Positions 38,801-52,660 are shown, numbered from the stretch's first letter. The stretch: 64,000 nt of DNA from Tubiluchus corallicola (GCA_030141605.1 JAQGDQ010000022.1:62001-126000), one strand, 5' to 3'. Translations and numbers: made by a program. The notes: generated by a model not told the origin, from the sequence alone.

Positions 38801-41732
38801 TTGGATGCAGCAGACAAGTTCCCAATGTAGATCGGTTTAGCAACTTATAAACGCAGGTTTCTTTTACGTTACTGCGTATAGCTAGTTCAGCAAATAAAAC
38901 ATAAATCTATAACCACTGTTCGCCTTTCTAACTAAATAGTTTCCTTTGCGTCATCATTTTTTATTATATTTTTTTGTAAATTTTCGTAGCTTTCAAAAGT
39001 GCATGATATGTAGTATTTCTTATGATTTTTAGTGCAAATTTCTAACTTTTATATAGCATTTTTATGTGCTGAAATAAACTTTAAATAAATATATCGGACA
39101 CAACATTTCGGTAAATGTAAGCGCTCACGAAATTGCTCAATGAAGAAAAAACAATGATGGTAAAAAAGACAACCTGAATGGGTGATGATAATGATATTGA
39201 CGATGGTAACGATAATGATGACGACGTGATGATAGTGACAATGGTTGTGATGATATAGTGTAATGACAATGATCGCCGTGACGGTGATAATAATGAAGTT
39301 GTTAATGACCACGGCAATGACGATCCAATGATGTGATCACTTTTACACGCACCAAACACAAGGTCACCTTCTACAGTCTAGGTCTGGCTTCAGTACCAAA
39401 TAAAATTTAGCGATTAAATAATTATTGTACAGCCTAGTACTTTTAGCTGTTCACAACCACAGTGAACTGTCGATACGTATGTCAATAATTGTTACAGTTA
39501 CTGAAGTTTAAAAGCAACTGCGCGTATTCATACAATGCTAGTTTAATTAATTGATTCAAATGCGCAATTTTAATGGGTGTTAAATATCGATAATTTCGTT
39601 CGCACGCTTTAATTACGTAACATTCTGTAACAGGTATGACAGACTGTCAAACATTAATGAAGAAAATAGGTCAGTACCTGAATTAATGTGTCTTCTATAG
39701 TGCCTGATATGCACTTAAGACATTGTGCGATAATTATAAGTGAAAGTAATTATCAGATGACATTGGCACGTAAATGAACATTATGAGATTTAATGATTTA
39801 TTTTGTTCTGATAATATATCACGAAGTCCTGCTGTTGACTTACACTAGGACTTTGATGAGTTATAGCTCACAGTATAGAAAATTATTAATCTAACTGCAC
39901 TTAGAAAATGAACTATTATTTAACAAATAACTTTAGAAGAAGTTAAAAATAGTTATAAGCAAATATCGTTGTTATGCAACGCCCATACTAATTCTGGCTG
40001 TTTATCTCACTGAGAGAGAGGAATGGAGTATGTATGTAACGTCAGACTGAAAATGAGGCAAATTTTGGTCTTGTCACACTCATTTATGTGAATGTTGTAA
40101 TCCAGATTGCAGGATATCAGACTTTGTTTATTATATTATTTACGAATAAAGTCGGTGGGCATTTATAATTTTTTCCTGTAATTCTTGTAATTTAAATTTT
40201 ATGATTCTATGCTCTCATTGTTATTCCCATTTCTTGAGCATGAGCAGCCTTATAAAAAACGTTCTAATCATATGTCAAAAGCTGTAAATTCTTTTAAGTA
40301 CAAATGATAAGTATAGAAAGTCAGACCTCTCAAGTCATCAACCGTGTTAGTAGGAGGTTTATTTTCAATAAAACTTTTAACTGGAAATAACTTCTTTTTA
40401 CACAGCCTTAACTGTGATTTATTTAAGCCTTATAATCATCAACTGATGAAACCAACTTCCTCAAATCCATTTTATCCGCTACAAGTAATTCCTATAGAGT
40501 ATATAACACGCTCTCATCATTAAATTCGTTTTAATTTGATACAAGAAAAGAGAACATTATCATCTCATGCATGACGGCTAATGTAATTCCTAGCCGAGAA
40601 ATATGTCTACAGGAAATGCAGATTCTCTGCAGAGAATCGCTTCGCTTCAATGAATGCTATTTCAACGTTTTGAACACGTATTCCAACTGAGAACCATAAC
40701 TCACTTTTAGCTGAAACAAATCGCTCTATATAAAACGGTAAGCTGACAGCTTAGACGACTACAGTGATAAAATATAGCCATAGGTTTGCTTCAATATATA
40801 TGTCGACGCGTTATAAGAAACCACATATTTGCCTAAGATTTTCAAAATGCGAACGATTTACTGAGGCACAAATGGCTTATTTAAAGGTTAGCCAACAAAA
40901 GGAAATAGGAGAAGCAGTTCTAGGCGAGAAGTTTGAACTTTTCACGAAATGAATCAGTTGCATGTATTGACCTATATAAAAGCAGTCGTTATATGCACGT
41001 GAACACAATCTTATCTTCTACATGCTTAAATGGCATTTGCAGCTATTTCGCGAAACATCAAAGTTAATCATATTTTGAGAATTGATTTGACGGGTAAAAC
41101 AGTTTTCATAATTACAGTCAGTCTGTATAAGTGTAAAGTCGTCAGTTTTCAGTTACACTAGGTCTGAAAAAACACAAGAAATGGCAAGTTGATACAATTT
41201 GTTGAGAGGGCCATGCATTACAATGCCATATGGTCATTTTAGACTTGACGTGCAACACAGTTATATCTAGTAAGTTCCACTGGCAGATCGAAATAACAGA
41301 TGGAAAAGTAAGTATAATCACGGACGTTAGAGACTAGGCAATAGGTAACGTAGTATTCATAATTAAACAAATTTGTGGGTCATTGTATCTGCAGGCTTTT
41401 TCCTCAATTAATTATGCTTATTGGTGAGAAAATAACTTCAAAATGTTTTAAACCCTTTATCTGTGCGGTGTCGCTGTACAGAGCTTATATATATATGTGT
41501 ACCTGCTAAAATGTTCAGGTCTTTTATAGTAATATAATGTCAAAATGTCAAAAAAAGTTTATTCTAAATTCAGTGATTATATTCGTCGACTTCTAATTAG
41601 TCGTTTTGTCGCTTAGTCTAGTTTGCCTAGTCGATTTTTTGGTCGATCTGTCTAGTACAAATGATTACTTTGATTAGAAGGTTGCACGCTGCACATTTTT
41701 TCCGTTACAGACGAGTTGTTAAAAAGTGGTGC

Positions 41733-41910
41733 AATGTAACATAATGTAATGTAGCGTATGGTAACGTAATGTAATATAATGTAATGTAATGTAACATATT
41801 GTCATGTAATGTAATATAAAGAAATGTAATGTAACATGTGGTAATGTAATGTAATATAACGTAATGTAATGTAACGCAATGTATTCACTGTAACGCATTG
41901 TAATGAAATG
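41733..41910 (+). repeat. Degenerate (AATGT)n pentanucleotide repeat
   Basis: gtaatgtaatgtaac... repeated with substitutions. Confidence 0.9.
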
Positions 41911-42714
41911 TGGTATCAGCGCTAATTAAATGTTAGTCGTCAGTTTCATATTAGGATCACCCAGATCCGCATATTCTCCGGCAGATTAATCTTCCAAAAC
42001 CCGCTAATGAACGCGATATAATTAGCATCTTCTGCTTTCTCGCACCTTTAATGATCGAGAAAAAGTGCTATTCATGATGGTATAGAATTGAACACTTATC
42101 TAGAAAAAAGAATCCAATTACTGCTCAAATAAAACTATGTGAATAGCTCACCATCAGTGCTGGGAATGGGCAGCACAAACACAACAAGATCAATGAGTGG
42201 CTTGCTCTAGCAAGAAGACGCATATCCGATGTTTTTTATATCAGATTTTTAAAGTCCTGGCATTGTCGTAGCTATCATTGTCATCGTCGTCGTCGTGATC
42301 ACCACCTGTGTAACGCTGTGCCATAACTGAGCAAAGATGCTAGCACAAAATGATACACGGATCGTGTCTGTTTAGAGTTAGTGTAGATTTTTTTCAAAAA
42401 GGTTATCACGTTACAACCTGATACAGCCCGAAGCTAGCTAAGTAATTGAAGAAATAAAACACAACTATTTTGGGCACCAACAGAAACTAACGTCGTGAAG
42501 TTCCAAATATTGACGTTCTGATGAAACACTTGATGATATAAATGTTCTCCAGACATACCGCTGACTGTATATAAAACAAGGAAAACGAAAGAATGTTTCC
42601 ATCCTATATTCCTTGCACTTGGCTTTGGAAAAAACCTCCCCGAGACAAAGGCTTATCATCGCCCCATTGCAGCAAATGGTATCAACCGTTCCCATAACTA
42701 TAACTCAAACCCCA

Positions 42715-42810
42715 TCATCACTGTGCAAGTTGGGTTGGAAACGGATCCAAGAAATAACGAGAAAAGACTGACAAACAGACAGAAACGACTGACAATAAGA
42801 CTGGACTCAG
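42715..42810 (+). mobile_element. Helentron/Helitron-associated non-autonomous repeat fragment
   Basis: gtgcaagttgggttggaaacggatccaag followed by a gacaaacagacaga microsatellite seed, the usual layout of such elements. A similar core (ctcaagtttggtt) occurs near 55420. Confidence 0.35.
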
Positions 42811-43619
42811 TTCAACTGTCGATCCGACAACCAATCTCTACAGAGGCGTAGACAGGACGTATAAGAAAGAAAATGTATCTTCGGTATAATAAATTCCCAT
42901 GCTAACACATATCGTCGCGACTTCATTAAGAAAAAGTACATGTGTCATTTTAACCCATTGGTACGTTTAGATAAATCGAAAATCGAAAATGGTAATTCTA
43001 GTATTAACACGTTCCGCAACAAAGAATTTTATAAATTGAAATAGTGTTCTTTTAGAACTACCAGTTCGTTTAACAGTATGATGACCATTTTGTTATTCAC
43101 ATGTAGTAATTTTCAGAGTTCAGGGCTAATAAATTCTATTTATATTTATAAAATTTGCATTTATAAAAATAAACGAAGTTTTTAATGAGATCACCACGGT
43201 GTATTTTAGATGTTCTCCAAAAACGTTTTAATTGCCTTGTGATGCAATTATATTAAAACACGCCCAAAACTCTGTCCTCAATCCTACCAATAAAAAACCA
43301 TTTCGTTAACGTTTCTAAGTACAACATAAGGCTTTTATACTATTATTAGAATTTTGTTTCAGTCCAGGAGTGATCATAAAAGGAAAAAAATTACAAATTT
43401 TAATTAAAATTATGTATAGTAAGAATTGAAGCAATTTTAATTAAAATGTTAAAACAATGCCTGCATCCACTTATAATAGAATTAGGACTAACAAAAATGC
43501 TCGTAGTGAAGTGACTTTTTAGGAATTTTAACCTTAATGTACTGCTAAGTGTCATGCTACATTAATAAGACCTGCCCGGTGACGGTGTCTAAACGTTTTT
43601 CGCGTTTTAATCTCGCTAT

Positions 43620-44430
43620 ATCATATTATAGATAACCGGAAACAATGCACATAATATAAAACCGTAAGTGATTTAGACGTGGCTTTTTCTAACAATTTAA
43701 AGAAAGCAGACCATTGCATTAAAATGTTCAAAAGCTAATGGAGTTATTAACACGATGTTCCGTGTTTTTAGTACTTATAACAAGGGCCATTCCACGGAGT
43801 CTTTAAAGTTCGTTTGGCCAATTTTAGAATATTACTCGCCTGTATGGGACCCGACTCAATGTGTCGTCATCAACATAGTTGAAAGGCATTTCACCGCAGA
43901 CGTTTTAATAGTTCCAAATTGTACTGTGCGTGCCATCCGAAACGACTAATCGTTTTGCGACTAGAAACTAGGAGAAACTTAGTCCTAGAACGGCGCCGCC
44001 TTGAAACTGATTTCATCATGTGCTATAAAAAATTTTCATAAAGAGCTGTATCTAGATTTTGATGTATCTAAATTTTTTGCTAAGGCTATGCTCAACAAAA
44101 CCAAAAGTAACCATGCGCTCAAACTCTTTGTTAGATATACTTAGAAAAACTCTGGTGACGTTTTCTCGAACAGGATTCTCCCTTTCTGGAATAGCTTATC
44201 CGCACAAGTAAATGAATTTTCACTCGTAATATCGATGACCTCACAACGTTTTAAAATTAGATTAAATGCTGTGGATTTAAGTAGATTTTTACTTTTTGAT
44301 ACCATAAGTAGGTAATTTAGCCTCTGAGCTTCTCCCCACATCATTAATTTTATGATTTTCTTGCATAAACATTTTATTTTAATTATTGCCTATGTGTGAT
44401 GTAAAAATAAATAAAATAAAAACTAAATAA
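43620..44430 (+). mobile_element. 5'-truncated CR1/L2-group LINE, 3' end of ORF2 plus A-rich tail
   Basis: FVWPILEYYSPVWDP (VRPILEYxSPVWxP), LERRRLETDFIMCYK (LExRRLxxDLIxxYK), FSNRILPFWNSL, then an aataaataaaataaaa tail near 44406. Confidence 0.85.
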
Positions 44431-45646
44431 TAATTGCCACACTTTTTATGTATTACAAATATCGTACTTCTTCTGAACCAATGTTTTTCAATATATTCTC
44501 AAATTAGATACCAAGTGACATTTAAAATGACCGGTCCCTGCCATAATGTGAAGCACTAGTATGTGTTACATTAATACCTACAATAAATCTCATTAAGTAC
44601 ACTGGTGAACTGACACATTTTTTTAAATGATAAGGTAATATCAAAGAAATTTTAATGACGAAATGTATCACTGGCAAAATGAAGGACGTATACGCTCATC
44701 AGAAAGGGGACAAACATCTCTGTCTGATTAGCGGGTCAGCTTAGAAGGTAGCTCTTAACACGTAGGTCACTCGTCAACTACTTGCTTTAAGTGGGCTTAC
44801 TATATACCGGCTTATAGAGTGCAAACTTTGTGAAAATATTCTAACGTGTTACTGCACCGAAATGAACGACAAATAAACTATTAAAAAGCACATACTGTTT
44901 TGCGGTTACAACGTTAATTTCCTAAAATCTCTCAAACGGCCACATCAAAGTATAACGAAAACCAATAAATTTATTTATTTGGTCATAAAATAAAAACTGT
45001 TAATAACTTGTATATATATTGCCTATAACGTTTACGAAAAGAGACATTTAATGCGCTCGCTTTTAAACACTAGAAAGTTTTTCAACGATACGATGATTTT
45101 CATTAGCAGCTGTTTACTTGGCTGCGCAGAAACTGTTTATTTTTGACACATTAAAGTCTTCAGTGTCTCCTAGACGAATACCAAACCGTCTTTTTACCTT
45201 TGCAAAATTTTGCTCAGTAAACTTCGTTATTCGCTTTACCACTGAAAAAGTGGATAGATAACTTTTTATTAACTCTAATAGTCGAAGCACTACCTTGAAA
45301 ACGTGTTCTAGATAGCTTTTTATTAAAATGTACTTTAAAATCGGACAGAGTATAAAAGTTACAAAATTATTAATTACAGTCAAACACAATGAAACTCGCA
45401 GATATGTTTCACCCTGCGAAATTTCCAAGAAAAATAAACCAATTCCTTTTATTAACTTTAAAAGGACTACCTAGAAAACGTACACTAGTTACCGTATTTA
45501 TCATTCAATTTGCTACTGACATGATCAGGAAGTCATGTATAAATAACATAAATGAGGCATTGAGAACTAGATGTACACAATTCAGTTCTAGCTACAAAGT
45601 GCTAATTCATTTGTTTTGGAATAGTGGGTCATGAAAGAATAAAAGC

Positions 45647-45718
45647 GGACTCGTACAGGATTTGAACACGGGACCTCTCGCACCCAAAGCGAGAATCATA
45701 CCCCTAAACTAACGAGCC
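45647..45718 (-). pseudogene. tRNA-Pro(TGG) pseudogene or degenerate tRNA gene
   Basis: Minus strand reads GGCTCGTTAGTTTAGGGGTATGATTCTCGCTTTGGGTGCGAGAGGTCCCGTGTTCAAATCCTGTACGAGTCC, i.e. metazoan tRNA-Pro with about 6 substitutions. Anticodon arm intact; T-stem has two mismatches; TTTT follows 2 nt later. Confidence 0.88.
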
Positions 45719-47227
45719 CCTATAACGATATTGTGTTAGCGCCAAACTTGGGCATCGACTTGCATTTCTCTGCTATACTGTAATGCAATAAAACACAGGT
45801 GAATATTTGGAATGAGATAAATATTTTGGAATTTGAAACGCAAAAGCCCAAATTCAAACTGACAACACAACGCGAAATCTTGAAGAATACCACAGTACTA
45901 CACAAATCAACAACTATAGCAGACAGATATAAAAACATATAATTATTGTTTATAGGCAGAAACTTTCACCAGAACAATAAGATGGCGAAAACGTATATAG
46001 AGCCGCAACTTGTAAAACTGATTTTGTATCTAAGTGATTGGAAATGTCAAGTGTGGTACTGTTTCTGTCATTTTATTGCGAGAGCCTATAGGCCCTCATT
46101 TTCGTCATTTGATATTTTAACATTTGTTATTTATTAATAGTTTATGGATCTTCTTACTTTCATTTATGATGCTTATATTTGGACAACATCAAATGAATAT
46201 TAAAATTTAAACTTTAAACTCATGCTTATTGCAACTTGCAAATAGAGTTTCTTCGTAGAGTTGATTTTGACTTGATTATTGGAGGTAAATTGAACTATAA
46301 AACGCATTCCTTCAAATTGCAACCGTAATATTAAAACGTATCATTATAAAGCTATAACTTACAGAGCGCGAGATTAGAGAAACTGCAAAGTGTTCAACTG
46401 TCATTTACGCAAGAACCATAATTATATTGTTATAACCGCATATATGATTAATTCATCCATTTGCCATTTAAGCTAACTGACAGAAAAATGCAAGGCTAGC
46501 AACCAATTGACTGAAAGTTACAATAACGAATATGAAAAAGACGTACCTAATATTAAAAGGGAAGAAAAGGGAATTTTAAAATATGTCCTAAAACATTCCA
46601 TACCAAGTTATGTACATGAACTAACGTGACGCTTACCTGTTTGAAAGACGTGTGTAATTGTGAAACAAAATTCTTAGTAATTTAGAAAGTTCGCGTTAAC
46701 TGGTAAAACGTCATGTATCACTTTCCCAGTGTACACCAAAAAAAACGTCACCGAAAAATATACTGTTGATCTTAGTAGAGAGAGTGCTACGAATGTACCT
46801 CGTATTTTTTAAACTTTGCGCAATATTATTTGAACTTACTTCAAACGACTTAGGGCCTACCGCTAAAATGGCTGTTCCACGGGAAGCGAGAGAGTTAAAA
46901 TTCATAAACTGTATGCAAAGTTTATTTGTGTGCAAGCTCTGTGTGCAGAACGCCAGCATGCAGGTGATATGAAATTTTAAAATCTTTGAAGCTTTATTAT
47001 TGAAGGGTATTTCTTATGTTCTAAAATACTGTAACTATGATTAGCAATGCTTAATACTAGTTTGCTGATTTTCTGCATTGAAACTTTTTCAATGGCTTCA
47101 ACGGGGTCTCAGATATCTAATATTTCAGCACTGTAGATTACAAATATGAATGGCATGATGCAGAGAAGCCGTATACTCATCATCCAGTCTCTCCAGGTGC
47201 TTGCAAGCTGCTATTTTGTTTGCATAC

Positions 47228-47625
47228 AGAGAAAGGGAGAGAAAAGAGACTAAGAAGAGAGAAAGAGAGAGAGAGAAACATTCCAAAAGCGAAAGAAAGG
47301 AGAACGAAAGGGACAGCACAAGAAGGAAAAAAGAAAAGATAATAATAAAAGAAGAAAACAAAGAGGAAGGAGCAAAGAAAGAAGGAAAAGAAAAAAGGAA
47401 AAACAAAAACGAAAAAGTAATTAAAGGAAAGAATAAAGGACAAAGCAAAGCAAAAGAATTGATGCTGTTGATGAAAGAAAAACGAAAAGCAAAGACAAAA
47501 CGCTTAAAAGAATAAGAAAAAAGAGAGCAAAAGCGGGGAAAATGTTATCCTAAAACTCTTATCTTAAAAAAAGAAAAAGAAGAAGAAAAGCTAACACGGA
47601 AAGTAAAAAAGCGAAAACGAAATCT
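47228..47625 (+). repeat. Purine-rich (A/G) low-complexity tract
   Basis: Runs of gaaa/gaga; the overlapping ORFs are compositional artefacts. Confidence 0.85.
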
Positions 47626-47653
47626 CATTTTAATGAGATTAAAATATTTCTTC

Positions 47654-47656
<3 letters not shown>

Positions 47657-47732
<76 letters not shown>

Positions 47733-47820
47733 CCTCTCCCCCTCTCTCTCCCTCCCTCTCTCTCTTTCTCCATTCCCCCACTCTCTCTCTTTCTCCATCC
47801 CCCCACTCTCTCTCTTTCCT

Positions 47821-47880
<60 letters not shown>

Positions 47881-47900
47881 CCTTTAACCCCCCTCTCTCT
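47657..47900 (+). repeat. (CT)n microsatellite, compound
   Basis: Two long perfect tc runs separated by a C-rich degenerate segment. Confidence 0.97.
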
Positions 47901-48429
47901 CCAGATGTTGATGGAAAACGGCGTACAACGTTCAAATAGGAAAGTAATAATATACAGTTCTTTATTTTCCATGATACTGAATGTAACTCGCAGTAATATC
48001 AAGCTTACTCCTCACAACAGTGTAATGAAATCCTATTGTGCAATTTCTTTCTAGTAAGGAATAGTATACTCTGGCAAATTAAAAGTTTTCTTTGCGATCA
48101 AAACGTCTAGGTCGTGTTGAATGTGATCCGAGATCATAGAAAATTATTTTTTCGTGATGAGCAATGAATGAGCAAAAATAACAAGAATACACTTCTGTGA
48201 TGCGAACTTTTTGCATAGCTCAGGCAAGAGTGATTCGATTGTCAGCTTCATGGCGTCAGATGACTTGGATGTAGAAACAGTGGCAGTCACCGCAAAAACG
48301 AACATGATCATGATAGCAACATCTATGGCACCAATGACAGTCATGACACATAACGACAATAAACTTTAACAAAAGCACACGACCGAAAAAATGACTAGTC
48401 GCAGCAACGGCCCTTCGGCAGTGGCAAAA

Positions 48430-49010
48430 ACAGCACTAAGAACAACGATAACCACAACAAAGGCAGCAACAAAGAAGACTATGAAGGCAGCAACAACGAG
48501 AACAACTTCTGTTGCAATAACAACGCGAAGACGATAACTACAACAACAATTGTTGCTGCTGCTACAGCCAAATTAGCCCGGGATACTGTTCTACTTAATG
48601 TAAATAAGTATAGAAGGACTGGAATCCAGATCAGTTAATTATCAATTAGGAAACAGTAAACTGGAAGACATGTGTTGGCCACGTTTTGATTCGTACACAT
48701 TCAGCCTCGGCGAAATAGATGACTGAAAGTAGTATTACAGATAAAACTGCTCAGAAACAATTTGCGTGGTAGTCATCAATCCGTTTTAACCGACTTCCGA
48801 CAATGCGTAACTTTGTTCTTCAAGTGTACAGCATCACTCAGCTTAGTCAGCTCAGCCATTCCACTCGCCAGCTACAGAAACAGTAATGACAATAGTAGCA
48901 GCAGTACTCAGCAACAACAACAACAACAACAACAACAGCAATGAAAACAACAACGACAACAAAAACGACAGTAATAACCACAACTGCAACCACAATGTTA
49001 ACAACAGTAA
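48430..49010 (+). repeat. Degenerate (CAA)n low-complexity tracts
   Basis: caacaacaa runs at about 48430-48550 and 48885-49010. Confidence 0.8.
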
Positions 49011-51564
49011 CATGAGCTGCTTTCCCTTTTTTGCTCTGTTGATCTTTTGTAAAAAATCGCACTGAAATGCCTAATACATTATTGTAAAATGTGTGTAAAT
49101 TGTAGCGCCCTTTGCTAACCATTAGACACTACTTTATTGCACTTCTAATTAATTCTTCGATTAATATATACATTTTACCACAGTAACATAACCGACGTGG
49201 AATGTAGCCGTAGTCATAAATTTTACCGCAAGTATAGACGAATTTGTTGGTGGCATTCGCAGGTTGATTAATGTTCCACAAAATTGCCAGCAGCTGATCG
49301 GAGAAGCCATTCACAATGGAATGTGTCACAGAGTTTCCTCATTTGCTCATTAGCCTTTCTGCCTGCTTGCTTGATTTTACTCAATACTTTCCACAACTAT
49401 ATCAGTTGTGGAAACGGATACGGCCACACAAGATTGGCGTCTAAACAGCAAAACTACAAGTTAGGCAAGCAACAATATTTTCTAGTTTATTGAGCTTGTC
49501 TTGTATTCTCCCTTGGTGGGAGAATCGTCAGATTATGACAAATTTACAAAATACACTACAGTTGCAATAAACAGCTATAAAAGCTTACGAGCCCTAACAA
49601 ATCACAAGCGCAAGCTGTAAAATATTTCTGGAAATTGTCACTGTAATTTCCTGCTAAAACAAGTTAGATATTTAAATGAAGGACGTTAGCATCTAATGCT
49701 TAAAAATAATAATATTACTCAGAAATACTCAAAATATACCAAATTACAATCGCATATTATTAGATCAAGTATGTGGTGTCACTTGAGTGTGATTGTTTCA
49801 TCAACATAGTCAAAGGTGCATATATGCTGGAAACACTTAAATGTAGTCGCAGATTATGCAGTTCCTAGAGTTTTATGAATGAAAAGCAGGAAAGTGACTA
49901 TTTTTAGCTGAGGTAAGATGTCGTGATTATTTTTTTATGATCACAGCCTAATATATGCTTATTATTAAATATCATGTTTCTCCGTGTGATATCCCAAAAA
50001 GGCTTTCGAATGAACATTAGTATAACAGGAATTAATGATCTCGTGACATTTCGGAAACCGTTCTAGAGACAAACAAAAACGTAGGAAATTACGTCATTAC
50101 TAAAAAGATGTAATAAGGCATGGCATTATAAACAAGTTTGTGATTAGTAATCGATTTCCTTATTAAATAAGTCATAGTAAATGTCAAATTTGATCCAAAC
50201 GAACTCGGCGAAACTGTGTTATGGCCTCTGACATAGTTCATTTAGGGTCTTCGGATGTTTTTAACCAAGATTTAAGAAGAGAGTTTGGAAATCACTTAAA
50301 AGTGCATTAGCTGGCGGAATAGAAAATTAAATAGGGCGAAAATTAAAAGCGTAAAAGCTCACATAAGGTGACCTTTACCACTGAATTTGTATACGTCATA
50401 CAACTCACGCATATAACCCTACAAATATAGCATGTTTAAAAAACAGTACACCGCTTTTGCTTTTGCTTTTGCTTTTCGAGGAAATAATTTTTAGATTAAT
50501 TGAGCTAAGAGAGAGTTAAAATTCATTTTTAGGTACGAAACACGTAGACATCATTTAGGTTCCTTTCAAAGAACACTTATAAGTAGAAGTCAAATTTAAA
50601 AATTAGTCATGCCTATATGTGTTTGCCATGCGCAAGGTTCGCACAATAAAGTCAAAATGTATGAATAAAATCAAAACATAAACACCGCCCTTAACACAAG
50701 GATAGGTCTGGGCAAGACTTGAAGACCAGTTTTTGGTTCAAAAGGTTAAAAGTCAGGTCACGGGGTAAAAAATGTTAAAATAAATTTTTGCTCATAGTGA
50801 CGTCATGTGCGGAATTGTGTCTGCATCGCTTTTGAGTGCCGTCTGGTTATTAAGATCACTAGACTAAGTGTTTGCATCATACTAACAGAACAGCCAGGCT
50901 GCTGGTAAAATAATTATTAAATTTGGCAAAACACCTAATGCAGTGGTCTGTGATGCCGAAATGTTTTGTTTAATAAGTGTCATCAGGGCTCATTAGAGCT
51001 TTTAATTGTTAATACTTTTACACGCTTATCCATTATTAAGTCGCGCTTAATTAATGCGTTGCTTATCTATGCACGTATACGCGTGATGAATATACATTAT
51101 TAATTACGCACAGTAAAAACATTAATCTATTAGTGAAGTTTCTGGAAGGAATTTTGTTAAGACGCTGCGTGCTATCTACTAGACTTATGACAAGCCAAAT
51201 AAAAAAATCGATAGCAGTTTCTGTCAGAGCAAATTTTGGGAAAATTTTCCTACTGAATAGGAAAAACAAAAAATAAAATAAAAAAGTCTGGAGAAAGATT
51301 GTCAATATTTTAGCTTGCTGCCCTTCTCTGCACCGCTAAAACGTTTTGGAAGTACACGGCGTGCAATGTGTCTTGGAGTGCAAGCGAATAAATGGATCAT
51401 TTCATTAATACTTAATGCGGTTAAATGGTAATTTACAATGGCTTTGATTAGCCAGCGGCTTCGTTTGTGGATTAGAAAAGTGCGCTAGAGCTTGGAGGCT
51501 TTGAGCTCACATCTTTGTTAGCAAGCTAAAGCTTTTAGTGATTAAGCTCAAAACAGGTTTCTGT

Positions 51565-51632
51565 AAGTTAAGCATCGCTGACCGTGATTAGTACCTGGAT
51601 CGGTGACTAACTGAGAAATAATCAGAACTGTA
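51565..51632 (+). mobile_element. 5S rRNA-derived fragment (SINE-like or 5S pseudogene)
   Basis: aagttaagcatcgctgaccgtgattagtacctggatcggtgactaactgagaaataatcagaactgta aligns with the 3' half of 5S rRNA (AAGTTAAGCA...GGTTAGTACTTGGATGGGTGACCGCCTGGGAA...CTGTA). The 5' half is absent. Confidence 0.7.
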
Positions 51633-52547
51633 TAAGAGACATACAACAGATAAAAATACTGAGGAACATCCCAGCTAGTCACTCAGTCATTAGCTGGCAA
51701 GGCTAATTTAAATAAAAAAAATAAAATTTTAAAATAGACTTATTAGTAAAAAGTTGATGATGTTTTGCGTAGTATATAGGCTATTGCAAAAGGAACACTG
51801 TAGTAGAATTTATCTAATATTAGAAATTTAACCTGGACTTCTGTATTATGTACTTAACAATGACATTAAAATAACAGTATATTTATTATGTCATTAGTCC
51901 AATTTTCTTAACTGATATCTTGGTATGGCCTCACTTATTACCGTTATTAGACTTTGTACGGTGTAATATTGGTATGCTTACAGCATTTGTTAGTGTACTG
52001 TTTTTTAGGCATCCTGTATTGATAGGGTTATAGAGTATGCTGTGTATTGCATACAGATTCAATGCAAAAGGTCACTTTTATGTGGGCTTTTACACGTTTA
52101 ACTTTCGCCCATAGTGCGAAATCTCACACAGGCGTTTTCAAATAGGTAACAATGACCTTGAACACATCTCGACTATTCACTTCCATGGGATTTCTCACAA
52201 CCTGGTATTGCTGCATTAAATGCCATCGCAATATGGCCTATGTGACTGTGTCTGTTATTTGGCTTTGAAACGAAAATCTGGATAATTTGCAACAGCAAAA
52301 GCGGCAAACTTGATCGTAAGAAGCTCTTTCAGACAGTTCGTGCGTGTTGCTCTTAATAGGCAAAACCGCCTTTTGAAGCTTCAGAAGCGCAAAAAGGCCA
52401 GTATTTGAATGGAATGAGGAATAGATAGTACAGTCGTATATGTGCACGCTCAAATAACTCTGCTAAAAGGTTTGGAAGATCAGGGACTACGTAAAAATTC
52501 TGTTTGTTTTTTATATTTATTATAATGTATATTAGTACAAGAATAGT

Positions 52548-52548
<1 letters not shown>

Positions 52549-52628
<80 letters not shown>

Positions 52629-52660
52629 GCAGCAGCTACAACAACAACAATAATAATAAT
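52549..52660 (+). repeat. (AAT)n microsatellite at the 3' tail of the adjacent SINE
   Basis: Long perfect taa run followed by cag/caa units. Confidence 0.95.

Noticed and set aside
39049-39359. His/Ile-rich ORFs upstream of gag
   Set aside because: Degenerate (GAT)n low-complexity sequence; no domain evidence.
39381-39398. Possible primer-binding site TGGTACTGAAGCCAGACC on minus
   Set aside because: Only loosely tRNA-complementary and not preceded by a sequence matching the 3' LTR.
40621-40638. 18-bp perfect palindrome gattctctgcagagaatc
   Set aside because: Isolated, with no supporting context; a single case in 64 kb can arise by chance.
41733-41910. CRISPR-like periodic array
   Set aside because: Simple 5-nt satellite without unique spacers, in a eukaryotic context with no cas genes.
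47125-47935. ORFs rich in ER, LS or K repeats
   Set aside because: Translations of (CT)n and purine-rich simple sequence.
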